DNA of 60,000 nt from Vicugna vicugna (Eukaryota): contig MU057560.1 of assembly GCA_013265495.1 (NCBI GenBank), positions 2,604,909-2,664,908 of the forward strand. Direction: 5' to 3'. The notes under the pieces were generated by a model that made no database searches, was not told where the DNA came from, and worked only from the letters and a program-made list of their open reading frames with translations. The number at the start of each line of letters is the position of its first letter. Within the stretch, counting starts at the first letter, position 1. Below are positions 38,016 to 50,863 of the stretch, piece after piece. The position numbers and the translations under genes are program-made.

Positions 38016-39254
38016 AATTATATCGGTAGTAATATGTAGTATTATTCTGAGACTGATTTTTTTTTGTAATAAAGCAAAACAAAGTAATTATGAGATACTC
38101 TAATTCAATCGCCTGCTCAGCCCTTGATCGGTTTCGGATGTAGAAGAAAGATGCTGGAGAGTGATGTGTGAGAGACAAAGCAAAAAGCCTGCTGTCCTGG
38201 ATGCGGATTGTGAGCATGAGAACAGGCTCGCAGGGTGGCTGATTCCAGCCAGCGCTGGGGAAGCCTGGAGACAGCGCCCATCTGATGGCAAAGACCATCC
38301 CCGCACCCAGGTGCTGGCCTGCAGGTGCCGTCCCCCAGTGAGAGAAGCCAGAGCCCCTGAGGAAACGAGCAGGAAAGGGACAGCGACTCTGGGACACCCT
38401 GACGCGGCAGGAGCGCCGTCACAGACGCCGGGAGTCGGGTCAGACGGCCTCGGGGAGGAGCCATCAGGACTTCAGGAGGGCAGCGGCTAGAAGGTGTAGA
38501 AACCTGCTAAATGTGTAGATCTGCGCGTTAGCAAGGCAGTGCGGAAACCCTAATTGGTCCCCTTTGGAGGACGATAGGGAACAAATTCATTATCCTGACA
38601 ACAGTAAATAGGCTGAAATCAAGCGCTAATCCTGCCTTTTCCTGTGCGGAGTCTATTGAGGGACCGAAGGGCGGGTGAGTATGAGCTGCTCCCTGGGAAA
38701 GTGCTCCAGCAGGAAAAATAAATGACAGACGTCGCTGAATCCGTGTACGCCTCACCCAGCCTCATCGCCTGGCTACAGCACAGCATTTAATCAGGCGCCA
38801 GCTCTGTCCTGCTGGAAGCATGCAACCCGGGGCCTGCCGGGGGGTGGACCCTGCTTGGGCCCCGCGGCCCAGGGCAGTTTGCACGACGCAGGGGACAGAG
38901 GGACAGGCTGAACTGTGCCTGGACGAGGCTGCGAAAGTTGTGGGGACTCTGCAGGACAGTGGGTAACATGGGGGAGATGGAGGTGACGGGACGGGGTGGG
39001 GCACACAGAGGGGCGCCCACGGGGCGCACACTAGCAAAGCCCCACTTTTGGCCTGAATGGGGGGCAGCAGGGTGTTTTGCCTTGTAACCTTCGCTCAGCT
39101 CTACATCTGTTTCATGTCATGTTCCTATATCTGTATCTTATTTTATAATCTTCAAAAAGGTTAAAAGATAAGACCGTCCATTAGTATCGTTATGTCTGGA
39201 GGGGATAAAGACGAAAAGAAAAAGGTGTTAGGCTACCCTGGCAAAGTTTTTCCA

Positions 39255-39460
39255 TATTTTAAATTATGAACAATTTCAGATGCACAGAAAAACGGAGGAA
39301 TGTTGTCTGACACCAACTGCACATCAACCAAGATTGCCTAACGCTAGCAGGTTGTCATTTGGTTTCGATTTTTCAAAATAAATAGAATATTGAATATAAA
39401 TTTTTTCTTCCTTCCAAATTCTCAGTCCCTTTCTACTCATTCCGAGCGGAAATCACCATC
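39255..39460 (-). mobile_element. Old L1 (L1MC/L1ME-like) 3' end
   Basis: 'ttttaaattatgaacaatttcagatgcacagaaaaacggaggaatg'. Confidence 0.5.
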
Positions 39461-39554
39461 CTTGTTTGTAGTGACAAGAGCAGTCACTCTTGTCTCCTCC
39501 GGCATCGATGGGACGTGTACCACATACCGAGAAGCTGTGTCAACTTTTTTCCTA

Positions 39555-39705
39555 CACTTTATATGAATCAATTCTTTGAATCCTCAGAACAACCCTACTA
39601 TTTCCCTCATTTTGCAGGTGAGGAAACAGACGCAGGGAGCGATGAAGTAACTTGCTCAGGAAGTTCCTGAGCCAAGAAGTGGGGAAGCCGTGCTCAGACT
39701 CGGGC
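39555..39705 (-). mobile_element. MIR SINE
   Basis: 'aatcctcagaacaaccct...cattttgcaggtgaggaaacagacgcagggagcgatgaagtaacttgctcagg'. Confidence 0.85.
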
Positions 39706-39839
39706 CGCGAGGCTGCGGGATGCCGAGCACCCGCCCAACGGCAGGGCCCGAGCGAGAGCATTCGGGGCGACGCGCTTGTCTTCAGGGACCAGGCTGTGCT
39801 TGCTTAGGCTTCTGCGGGTTTCAGATTCTCTTGGGTTTT

Positions 39840-39955
39840 CTGTATATTACATAGTTTGTATTAAATAGTATATACATAATTGTACATAATAAATACAGTT
39901 ACATATTCTAAAAATATAGCTATATATATAAATTACATGTGATAATATGTATAAT
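39840..39955. repeat. AT-rich low-complexity (TA-like) tract
   Basis: Directly visible. Confidence 0.7.
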
Positions 39956-40129
39956 TTCTTCTTTTCTATTTGTGTTCTAGTTCATAAATTAGCTAGAGCC
40001 GCCAGCATAAAACTAAGTACAGCAACATGAAATCCTGGTCAAAGAGGGATGTGTTTTTTTATGCTGTCTCCCTTCCCTTGTGACCTCTGGGCTGCATGTA
40101 AGCAGTTAACGGCTGGCCCGGCCACCGAA

Positions 40130-40248
40130 GCAGTCTTGGCAGAGGCAACACGCCTGACTTCTTGGGGCCTCTGTCCCCTCAGCTGTAAATGTAAACGAGA
40201 CAACAGTGTTCTCTAAGGTTCTCTGAGTTTGAAAGTTCTGTGATTCTT
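40130..40248 (+). mobile_element. MIR3-like fragment
   Basis: 'ggggcctctgtcccctcagctgtaaa...ctctaaggttctc...ttctgtgattct'. Confidence 0.55.
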
Positions 40249-42664
40249 CAACCTCCAAGTTTTGCAAATACTGTTGAATGAGTAAGTGGCAACTCAGTTC
40301 GCCTAGTTTTTGGTAACTAAGGACTGAAAGAGGATCGCATTGTGACTCTTAAACTGCAGAGAGACGGCTCACTTAAAAACAGAAGCAGCTGAGTAAGAGC
40401 CAGGTGGATGGGTTTTGCTCTTTAATGATTAGTTTTGGGGTAAGGAATAGAACGCGGTGTTTGAAACTGTTGGGGCGTGTGTGATGTAGGCTGATGGCGT
40501 TGAGGCTGGTCGGCGGAATTTTACGACACATTTCTTGACTGTTTATCTGCATTTGATAGTGGGTGACAATACACAAGTAACTTGAAAAACAGAATGGAAG
40601 CTACAGCTAAGATGCCCTGAGCGTGCTCACCACGTTTGATCTGTGTATCTTTCTCTCTCACGCCTCGCCTGTGAACTCAGGCCAGCAGCTCTGCCTTCTC
40701 CCCCGAAGCCTCCACCCAGCCCACGGCCTCTGCAGATTATGCATCCCACCCGCCCCCACCCGCCCCCTTTGGGCATCTACTGCCCTTTCTCCCAGCCCTG
40801 CCAGCCTGTCTCCCGGACCCCATGCAGCCCTTCCTGATGGCACAGGGCCGCAGGGGAGGGATGGCAGGGGGCTCAGCCCCACGGATCACCTCAAAGTGTC
40901 CCCCACTGGATGCACTCAGACCTCCTGGGACAAACGACAGTGGCGAAGGGCCCGGCGGCTTCCCTCCTTTGCTCACTGGCAGGCAGGGCTGCCTCGGCTG
41001 CAGGGGACGCGAGGCCCCTGGGCCCTGCCGCCGCCATTGCTGCTTGTCTGTGTCTACAGTGGCTTGTCTGCCTCTCTTGTTACTGCGTTTGCTTAAGCTG
41101 CACCGCCTTCCTCCACAACCAGGAGCCACGGGAGCCCGCAGCCCAGCAAGTGATTTGGGGGAACCTCCAGGGCTTCCCGTGGTCGCATCGTGGATGGTGA
41201 CACGTGTCTAAATGGCCGTGATCAACACGTGTAACCTTCTCTTCTGAGAGTTGTCTTTCGGAACCAGTTTAGAGGCCCCGTGTGAGAAGCTCCCTGGCTC
41301 CCGTCCGACCGCGTTTGGCCTTTGTCTCCAGAGTATCAGTAAGTGTGGCGTTTGTTTTATTTATAGGATTGATTTTGGCTCTTCTGGAAACTCACCTTCC
41401 GAGGACGGAGCTGTGCTGCACTGAGGAGGTGGTGTGCGGTGCTCCAGGGCTCCTGGCGGTACCCACCATGCCTTGAGCAGTTAAGCCCAGTCTCAGCCAG
41501 CGTGACGCTCTGGGGTCCTGTGGCTCAGGTCAAGGGGGCGACGCTGTGAACGAGTTTGAGTGCTCCTGCGTCACTCACATTGCTCTGTAAGTGCATTTTC
41601 TGACTTTCACATGGAATGAAATAATGCCTGGAAGGCGTGTCACAAAGCCTCTGGTGTATTTGTCCCCTCTCCCCCAGTGTACGCGGCCCAGGCACAGGAG
41701 ACAGCAGGTTCCAGGCTGTCCTTGCAACCTTAGCTTGAAGCCCTCGGTGCAGATGACTTACTCATTGGAGTTCATGTCCCAGTTTGGGCTCTGTAGGCCC
41801 ACAAGTAAATAGCTTTTTAATTTCCTGCTAACCAAATATTCTTAGAAGTCTTTAAGATGGTGTGACTGCAGTGGAGAGACGGCTGGATTCTTTCATGGTG
41901 CCAACACTCCATCTCCAGTGAGCGGCTGTGTCCTGTTAAAAGCTCCGATTAGTTTCAGATTGTGACCCTCCTTTCCCTCCCCCTCCCCATCACTGACTGT
42001 GAACCAGTCCCCACCTCTCTAGGCCTCGGTGTCCTACACTGTAACATCGACAATCTCTAATGTGGTCTTTTTACTTCTAATTTGCTATAATTCTAATACT
42101 GATTTTTGCTTTTATTTCTTTTTGGAAAGTAATTGCTTTTGGGAAATGAGTTGCAATCATGTATGTTAAAGTCAGCTGTTTAAAACAGACAACGGACTTA
42201 CATAAATTAGATCATAAGCGTCCGATTCCCATCTCTCATGGCCTCCATGAAGCGGACTGGTGTCCAGCCCCGGCTTTGGAAATGCTCCTCTGGTGCAGGT
42301 GAAGGCAGGCCCAAGGACAGACAGCCGTGCTCGGGGACGCAGACGTTTGGGGGAGCTCTGAAGAACCCCAAGCCATCGTCCCATCAAAGCGGCCCTCAGT
42401 CGATAAGTGTGGGAGGTTGGCGAGTGGGTGGCAGAGGGGGTGCAGCGAAATTCAAGCCCTGAAGCGTGGGGATGACCGGGAGAAAGCAAGGAGGGCCCCG
42501 GCCAACCCGGGACATTCGGGACTGACGGAGCTCCCACCTGGAAGCCGTGGAGCGGCCGTGTCTCTCTTCCTGTCACGCTCAACTGAGGCTCCAAGCAGAG
42601 CCAGAGTCACCAGACAGCAAAGACTAGAGCTGCACACAAAAAAGGTGAAGTGTCTTGTTGATGG

Positions 42665-42832
42665 ACTTCATGCTGATTACACTTGGAATGATAATGTTCC
42701 AGATAAACGGGACTGGATGACGTGTATTATGAAGGTTAAGTCCCCTGTTCCTGCTTGCTTTATACACGTAGCTACTGGGAACTTTCGGATGCGTTTGAAG
42801 CTCGCGTTCTGTTTCTGTTGGGAAGCGCTGGT
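42665..42832. mobile_element. MER3/MER33-like hAT-Charlie fragment
   Basis: 'cgtagctactgggaactttcggatgcgtttgaagctcgcgttctgtttctgttgggaagcgctg' resembles the MER3 end. Confidence 0.6.
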
Positions 42833-42837
42833 CTGAT

Positions 42838-42932
42838 CCAATGTTTCTCAAACTTTACCTTCTGTACAAATCACCTGGGAGTTACGGTCAAGTGCTGATC
42901 CTGGTTCAGGAGTCGGGCGGGGCCCCCAGGAG
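42838..42932. mobile_element. MER5A-like fragment
   Basis: 'caatgtttctcaaacttt...aaatcacctgggag...tcgggcggggcccc'. Confidence 0.55.
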
Positions 42933-45900
42933 ATGTGGTGCGGTTGGTCCTGGTGCTGCTTGCCTGGCTCCTGTGTGTGTTTCAAGAGCAGAATGAGACA
43001 ACGGCATTGTGTTCTGTAGCTGGGAAGCAGAGCTCCTGCTGTGGAGCGTAGTAAAGGGCAAACCAGGCATCGTCCCTCATCACAAATGGAGACCACACAC
43101 CAGAGAGATGCTGTTAAGATGCTCCTCCTGGCGAAGTCTCTTGCATCTCGACACCATGATGGGCGGGAGCCGACAGAGCCAAGAAGAGCTTCATTTCGAG
43201 CCTACTCACTTGCTTCCTTCCCTCTATGGTGTAGACTTTGGTTCAATGTACGTCCGGTCCTGAGCCTAAGAGATTTTGCATTTGTAGCTGGAGAGAGAAT
43301 TCTTAGAAGTCGAATGGCGTGGGATCCGGGGTGAAGAGCTGCCTCCCGTGGAAGTGGTGTCTTTCTAAGTGACGGGAAGAGCATGCCGGCCCAGGGAGCA
43401 AGCAGGCCAGGAGTTAGCATGATGACAATAGTGCAAGGGGTGGTGGGACTGGTGAGCCCTGGAGGGGCTCCGTTCCGCAGCTTGGGGTGGGGTGGTGTTT
43501 GCATGGGTGCCTGTGTGTCTCTGTGTTTTGTGCTTTTGTGCTGTCGGGGTTTTTTGGCTCGAGAAGGAGAAACCAATTTGCTCAAGTAAGCAGCAAAGGC
43601 AATTTACTGACAAGATAATCATCTTGGAGTCCACAGTGCCTAGTTGGGGAGGACGGGGGAGGGCTGTGCGGCTCCACTGATGCCCGGGCCACAGCTGGGC
43701 GCATCCCTCGGAACGTCCCCACCGTTTCCTCGGGCACCAGACCTGCCCCAGTTGCCCGGGGCCCCATCCTGCTGCTGTGGCAAGGCTCACAGGGAGAGAA
43801 GGTCCTCGACGAAGGATCAAAACAGAACAGATGCTCACTACTTCGATCCCTTACCGCCCAGCGTGGCCGTACGTCCCGGGAAAGTACTTGCGCGTTCACT
43901 GTAACTGCCTCTTGCTCACAAGGTTCCACCCCTGCAAAGAAAGGACGACCCCAACATCCGTGCCGGCTCCAAGCCCAAGACCTCGGGGTCCTCCAAGCCA
44001 CAGTCCCACGTCAGTCTTCTGAATCCCACAGCCCACCAACACTGTAGGGTCACTTGTGAGAGAGGGGAAGGAGACAATGAGCAGCGCGATGTGAAGAGCA
44101 TGTGACGACGCAAAGGAGAAACGCTGGGTTTCCTCCACTCCCCGGGTCTCCGCCCACATCCCCCACGTCCACACCCCCGGCTCTGCTGCTTTTGCCTTCA
44201 GTCACAGCCCTGCCAGGCGACTCCCTCCCAGGGACACCTGCGTCTGTCTGCCTGGGGGGCCCTGGTCTTCCCTGAGCTGTTCCCACCGGACCCGGCGTTA
44301 CTGAAAGGTGCGTGGGAACCCGCATTCCTTTTGCCTCCCCCTCCCTGCGCACTGCATAGCGGTCACCTGTGCTCCTTAATCACCGGGATCAGGCCCCTCA
44401 GCCAACACCATCGCCTTCCTTGGTCTGTCCCCCCCGTAACATGAGGACCCGAAAAGAGGGAGCAGAGAGCATCGTGTCCTCTGTTTATAGACCAAACCTG
44501 GATGCGCCCAGTCACCCCAGGAGAGCCGTACAGTGCACATCCCTGTGTTTTCATTGAATTTGCCCCTGGCCGCTGGTGAGACTGTCTTGCCAAGAAATTC
44601 AGAGGGACTCTAGGCCTGCCCTTGTCCCTTCAGCCTGCGGTGGCTGCTGCAGTCCTGCAGGTGGGAGGGAGAGCCTGTTTTCTGTGAAGACAAAGAATTA
44701 ATTCAACCTGCGGCAGGATTGTGACGATGTGCTGCTGTTCCCAGCACACAGTACACAAGGGAGAACCACCTGGGCCTGTCTCTGAAGTGACGAGACCCGT
44801 CTCCTCGGGTGCTGATTTGCATTGGCAATGCATGTTTGGGACGACACCCCTGGCTGTCACCCGTGCAGCCATGCCAGTGAATGAAAGGGGACAGGCAAGA
44901 AGAGAATGCCATGGCTGCATCTTTCAAGGCTTCGCTGATGGCACGCCACGTGTGCCTCTCCTGCAAGACCGCGGAGCTTCTGATTGGTGTTGACAGCCCG
45001 TTTGTTCGGGATCTGAGGTGGAGGTTCCGCCAGCTGTTGAATGTCTTTTTCATGCCTACACTTAGGAATTTGGGAGGAATGCAGGGAGAGTTAAAGGTTC
45101 CCCCTGAGCTAATGTGTCCCGGGCCCCTCTCCCTGTAAGCCCCCACTTTGCCCAGTGGACCACGTGGTGTTCCGGGTTCCCGGGAATTCAGGCAGGACAG
45201 GGTCCAGTGACTCCACGAGGTCCCCGTGTTTCTCCTTCCCTGCCTTCTGTCCTGTCATGGCTCTGACAAACAGCTGCAAGTGAATTCATCTGAGAAAGAT
45301 CATTTATCTTCGTGAAGTTATTACAAGGTCTCTTCCAAGATGCCACCCGTTCTAGAAGCCCTGGGCCGGGGAACCCACTCATTTCCAGGACTGGGTGAAG
45401 GACCTGGAATCTTCACGACGGGCTCGTGTCAGACCTCTCGCAGGTGTCCAATGTCCTCCATTCCACAAACCAAATGAACCTTCTTTTTCGTCAGCAAATC
45501 ATCACGTGTGGCCGTGGCTGACAGTTTAATTGCTTTGCCCCAGGGACCATGAGCGGCAAGTTCCTAACCTGCTGGGTTTTCTCTTCCAGCTGAAATGATA
45601 AACCTTCGTTTCTCCCATGCCTCCTACCGTGATGTGTCTGCTGCAGCCTCAGTCTCAGCGTGCCTCTCGCTTTGTGTCCACAGCCGGTCGACCCGAGCAG
45701 GAAAGACAGAACTTCCAGGTGGGCTGTGCTACCAGACTTCAAGGCTGATAAAGAACGACCCTAAAAGTAAGCAGCAGGGTCGACCCAGGGCATCGCTGCG
45801 GCCACCGCAAGCATGAGACGCTGCCGTCCTTTCTCTGAAGGTTTATTGTACTGCAACTGCCGCGGCCGCTGCAGCGTAGCCTGAGAGGGTCATGCTTCTT

Positions 45901-48900
45901 TGTGCAGCCAGCTTGCAGCCGCAATCTGGGGTGGGCGTGTCGGACCGGCGGACAGCAGGCAAGGGCTCACGTCTGCTCTGAAAGGGGCGTCGGGAGAATA
46001 GGCACCGAGCAATTTTCGTGGCTGTGGTGGGAGGCAGCCCCTACCTACTAGGGGACTCAAACGTCGGGGACGTGCTGGGCACAGGAAGGAGGGCTGGCGC
46101 TGGGGACTCAGGACGCTGACTGCGCTCTGAGCAAGAGATGCGGCTCCTCCCTCTTCTCAGCTTCTAGTGTCTTCTCTGCGTCCGTGTATTTTCCGGCTCC
46201 TTTTTCAAGACTGGAGCTGTTCCAGACGTGGGGCGCTCATTGCTGTCCTCAACACAATGAAGGAAGGTGCAGTTCCAGACAAGGTGAAGGTCTGCAGGGA
46301 GTCTGTACATGCGCATACACACAGATATCTTACGTTAGTGGTGAGACCCGTTAGTGAACTGGAAAATTCACCGAAGTGCTTTTACGAAGCACCGGATCTG
46401 CAGCAGCTCTGCGCCTGCAGGCTCACGAGCGAAGATGCAGGAGTCGCTCTCTTCAAGTAACTCGCACAGCTATAGGGAAAGTAAACAGACGATGCAAGGA
46501 TGCGGACGTGATATAAAGACTCTGGGTGCAGGGCAGTTCAGAGGCAGCAGTCTGGAGGTAGCCTGGGAGACCTGCTGGGAGGTGTGGGGTTTGTGGATTT
46601 ACTGAGCTACGAAAGGGGGACTGAAAAGCACATGTCTTTAGAAAACGGCAGATCCTGGTCTGAGCATTGTGAACTTGGGGATGCGACAGGTTTCTGTCAC
46701 AGGTTACCTTAGTTTTCTGGGTGTTGTCACCTAAACCGTAGATGCTCAATGGTGTTTTAGATCTTGGAATTAGTTCAATATGATTTATATCTATGTTTTT
46801 CCAAAAATTGACCAGTTCTATACAATAGGCCAGCCTTGTGAAATCAGAGATTCTCCATAAAATCAGATGAAGTCTGATATAGATGCGGTGCTCTATAATC
46901 CTGTTCCTCCCGACTCCCCCAGCATCGGATGTGCAGTGGTCAGTGGTTCCAGGACACACGTAGAAGCCCATCAGTGACCCCCGAGTTCACAGCCTGTCTT
47001 TCCTCATCCAGCCCGTCCCCTGAGGTCACGCAGGCACCTCCCTGCTGCCCGTGACTGCGCAGACCCGCCGGCCCGTCTGCGCCATGTGGTCCCCGGGCCC
47101 TTCTCGTTCCTCTGTCTCCAGTTAATCACGTAACCCGTATTCTCTGTGACCGCTTGCTGTTGACGCTCCCCCCCGCTGCAGTGAGCGTGGGTTTCTCATC
47201 CTTGTCCTTGTCTGATCCACTGATAAACTAGCCCTTATCTCATCAGCGTCAAACTCAGAAAGTTTGTCTTTGATGAAGTGGGGGGCTTGTGTCGGTCACT
47301 TAGCGCGGCGTCCGTGGCGACAGCGGACATCTAGGCTCCAGACTGACCCTTTTCCGCCCACTGGGATGGCGTCGCTCTGTCTGCCGCTGCCCTCCATGGG
47401 TCTGGTGCTCCTGTTTATGTCACAGCACTCCATCCCTGATGGGGATATAATTTGGAAGGAAAGCAAAAAAGGTTTTTTGGGACATGCCATGTGCTCCCTG
47501 AAGCAGAAGGTGGGTAGACTGCTCCGGCCTCACGTGGAGGTCCAGCCCCCGTGCCTCTGCCTTGCTGGGAAACACGGCATCTGCAGCAGGGAAAAGGCCC
47601 TGTGGCCACGTACCAGGCTGAGACCAGAGTCTGCCCCGAAGTCCCGAGGACTGTGAGGCGGAGACACTGCTCCTCACACGAGGAGAGATCCGTCCGCTGT
47701 TGGAACCGTCAGAACATGCGTCTGATGGTCGGAAACACAGCCTGATACGTCACCTGTGTGCTTTGTATTCAAGACACAAATGTACCTGGGTTTTGGTGTT
47801 AAACGGAAGGACGTATCCATGAGAAGGGGCTGTGTGTCCCAATTTATATTCTCTTCCTAATTGATCTATTAATGGAGCTGAGCTATGCATTTTCTAACAG
47901 AGGGGTGTTATCTGCACGATGACCCTGTAAGGGCAGCAGAAAGTTGGTTAGAAATAAGAGTTTGATAGCTATTTGGAGGCAGAGATGTTTCACTTAAGGT
48001 TTAATTGCAAAGCACAGAGAGATTTTTCATCTAAATAGCCTTTGGGGTGCTTCCCAGCCCTTCTGTGTCCTGAAGGGTGTCACTTGCTCCACCGGACTGC
48101 AGAGCCCTGGGTTTCATTTTTTAAGAAATCCTAACGTCAAGCGCAGCTACAAGGTAACTGTGAAACGCAGACTGACACGGCGCTCTGCCGCGTGCACGTG
48201 GGCCCTGCAGCCTCGGAGCTCGGCCGCTTCCTCCTCGCCTTCCTCTCCTCACGGCCCTGACGTTGTGCGGGGGGCGGCTGGGAGGAGCACAAATGCTGGG
48301 CTGCGGCCAGAGCCCGTCTGGGGCGACTGCTGTCAGCCGGGCAAGGGGGAGCCGCGTGTGCAGGCAGCGAGGGGAGGGGCGGGCACGCTTCGGCTGCAGG
48401 GTCCAGAAATGCCGCCCTTCAAGATAAAACACGAGGTTCTAGCCTCGACACAGTGGCCTGTCATTTCACGGAGACACCCCAGCAGCTGCAGCCACATGAG
48501 CTCAGGAAGCAACGTTGCATGTGTATGCGTGTGTGCGCGTGCGTGTGTGTGCTTGTGCATACGTTTTTGCGTGTGTGCAGAAGCCCAGTAGCTAATGTGT
48601 CTTCATAAGACAGGCACGTGTGTAAGAAGCACGTTCACATATGTAAATCTGTGGCTTGAAATATCATGGCTTAGTCTCATTTAGAGATCTCCTCTTTTCC
48701 CTGAAGGTAAGCTATCTGGGGACAAATTTTAACTTAAAAAACTGAACTTACTGCTAACACAGCTAAGATAAGGCAGAGGCAACTCACAGAGAGTGCTTTC
48801 CTGTGTGTGTCTGTGTTGTGTGCGTGCAAGTGCATATGTGTATTCTTTTCATTTGCACTTTATTTTCAAGGGTGTATTTGGAAGTATTTTGAAATCGTAA

Positions 48901-49289
48901 TATATATTCAAACCCTTAAATAAAGCGCTGGAGCTGTTTGACCAAAACGGCTTTTTTTTTTTTTTTTTGCTGTAGATTTTATTCTGCTTGCTTGTTCAGA
49001 GGAAGGCTTTGTCCTGTATAAAATGGAGAAGCTCCCACTGTGGGAGGTGGCAGTTCTGCACTGGGTTTGGGGCTCTCCTTCGCTCCATCATGACCACACC
49101 ACCTGAGGAACTGTTCTTCGTCAGCGGACTGGCTGTCTGGGGCGCTCAGGGTCCATGTCTCAGACACAGGAGAATACATGCTCCCATTTTTTTTTTCCAC
49201 CAGCTATAAATGATTCCTATTCTTTGCTCCATGGAACATCCGATGTGGCGCCCAATCAGCTGAAGAAGCTGCACGGACGTCATCAGTTC

Positions 49290-49323
49290 TGTGCGTGTGT
49301 GTGCGCGTGTGTGCGTGTGTGCG
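49290..49323. repeat. Alternating (TG/CG)n tract
   Basis: tgtgcgtgtgtgtgcgcgtgtgtgcgtgtgtgcg. Confidence 0.95.
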
Positions 49324-50825
49324 AGAGGGAGGGAGAGGAGACGGCAGCTGCCCAGCCGAGCACCGAGCACCGAGTGGAGTCTCCATTAGGGCAGCTCTAT
49401 TGATTTCTGATTCACTCTGCAGCACAGCAGGGCTGGCGGTGGGAGGGGAAGAGTCACATCTCAGAGGCGGGATTACTCCAGGCAGAAACAAGTGTGTGTA
49501 TATACATATATGCGTCTATATGCATATGTGCATATGTGACATAAACTGCTTATGTATGTATATGTGCATATATATGGTTCCACATAAAAATCGTGCATCT
49601 GTTACCAAAAGGAATCAAAAAGTGGAAATTTAGGCAGCAAAACTGAGAGATTGTCAGTGATGTAGCGTGAAATGTATAGAAATGGTAGAACATAATGAAT
49701 TCAGAAAAACCCTTGCTTCTAATTTTTAAGGCATTTTTCCTGAGAGATAATGATCTAATTTCATAATGCCTTGTAAAAAAAACTGAAAAATTTGACAGAT
49801 TTTGAAAGGTACAGTTTATTTGAGGGTAATCTTAAAGCTGTATCTGAAAATATTTTTTAAAGTCAGTTTCATTTTTATTCAATTTTGTTAGATTATTGCA
49901 TCAGTGAGTCACCTTTTGTTTTTCTATTTTTGATGCCCCGTGTTGCAGAGTATCCAGGATACAGTAACAAGCTGGTTGCAAATGCTTGAAACAGAAATAG
50001 GTTCCTCTGGAGGCTGGATGTCAGAGGGTCCAGCTGTGAGCTTGGGGAGCAGAGTTGGTTCTCTTAAGGTCTGTTGCCCAGGATTTTGGTTAGAAATGAG
50101 TGTGTCTAGGTGGAAAACCGTCACCTTGGTTTTTTAGGCAGCTTGCGTTTACCCTGGCTCTTTTACCCCAAGACTTACCAGCTGCCCCACTCCCCAAAAG
50201 AGAGACGGGGTGAACTCAGTTTCGCAATCCTGGTGTCAGCAGGCAGGCAGTCCGCATGTGAGCAGCAGGGAATCCATCCTGTCCTTCCCTCCTCCCCCTC
50301 CCCCTCCCCCCCGCCCCGACCACGCACACACACGTACAAGTGCCCATGCACACATACCACACACGCGCACCCACACTCCAACACCAGTCGGTTGAGGGGA
50401 TAAATGACGATACCTTTTTAAAAACCGAAAGGCAGTAAGCCATTATTAGCAGGAGCTATATTGAGCGTGCTTGCCAGACAGGCAGCAAAGCCGAGCTCCA
50501 GTTCCGCCCAGACATGCGCCTTGCCATTTTCATTTTAATCAGCCTGCTCAGGATGGTTGCTGATTCATTTTGCAGGATGTCCCCCTGGGAGCCAAGGTGG
50601 AAGCCTGAGGCGAGCTGCTCGCATCAATGCAGCACACACACCAGGCCGGGAGGGGGAGGGCGGGGTGGGGGCGGGAGGAACAGCCTGCAACACACCACAT
50701 CCCCAGTTTCAATATGGCTGTTTAAGAAATCCTTCGTAAAACCAAGTCCATTACAGTAAACATGATAGAAGAGAAAGAAAAAAATATGTCACGTTGTCAT
50801 GTTGTTGTCCAGCTACCCCACCCCA

Positions 50826-50857
<32 letters not shown>

Positions 50858-50863
50858 GCACGC
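50826..50863. repeat. (CA)n(CACG)n microsatellite
   Basis: Directly visible. Confidence 0.95.
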
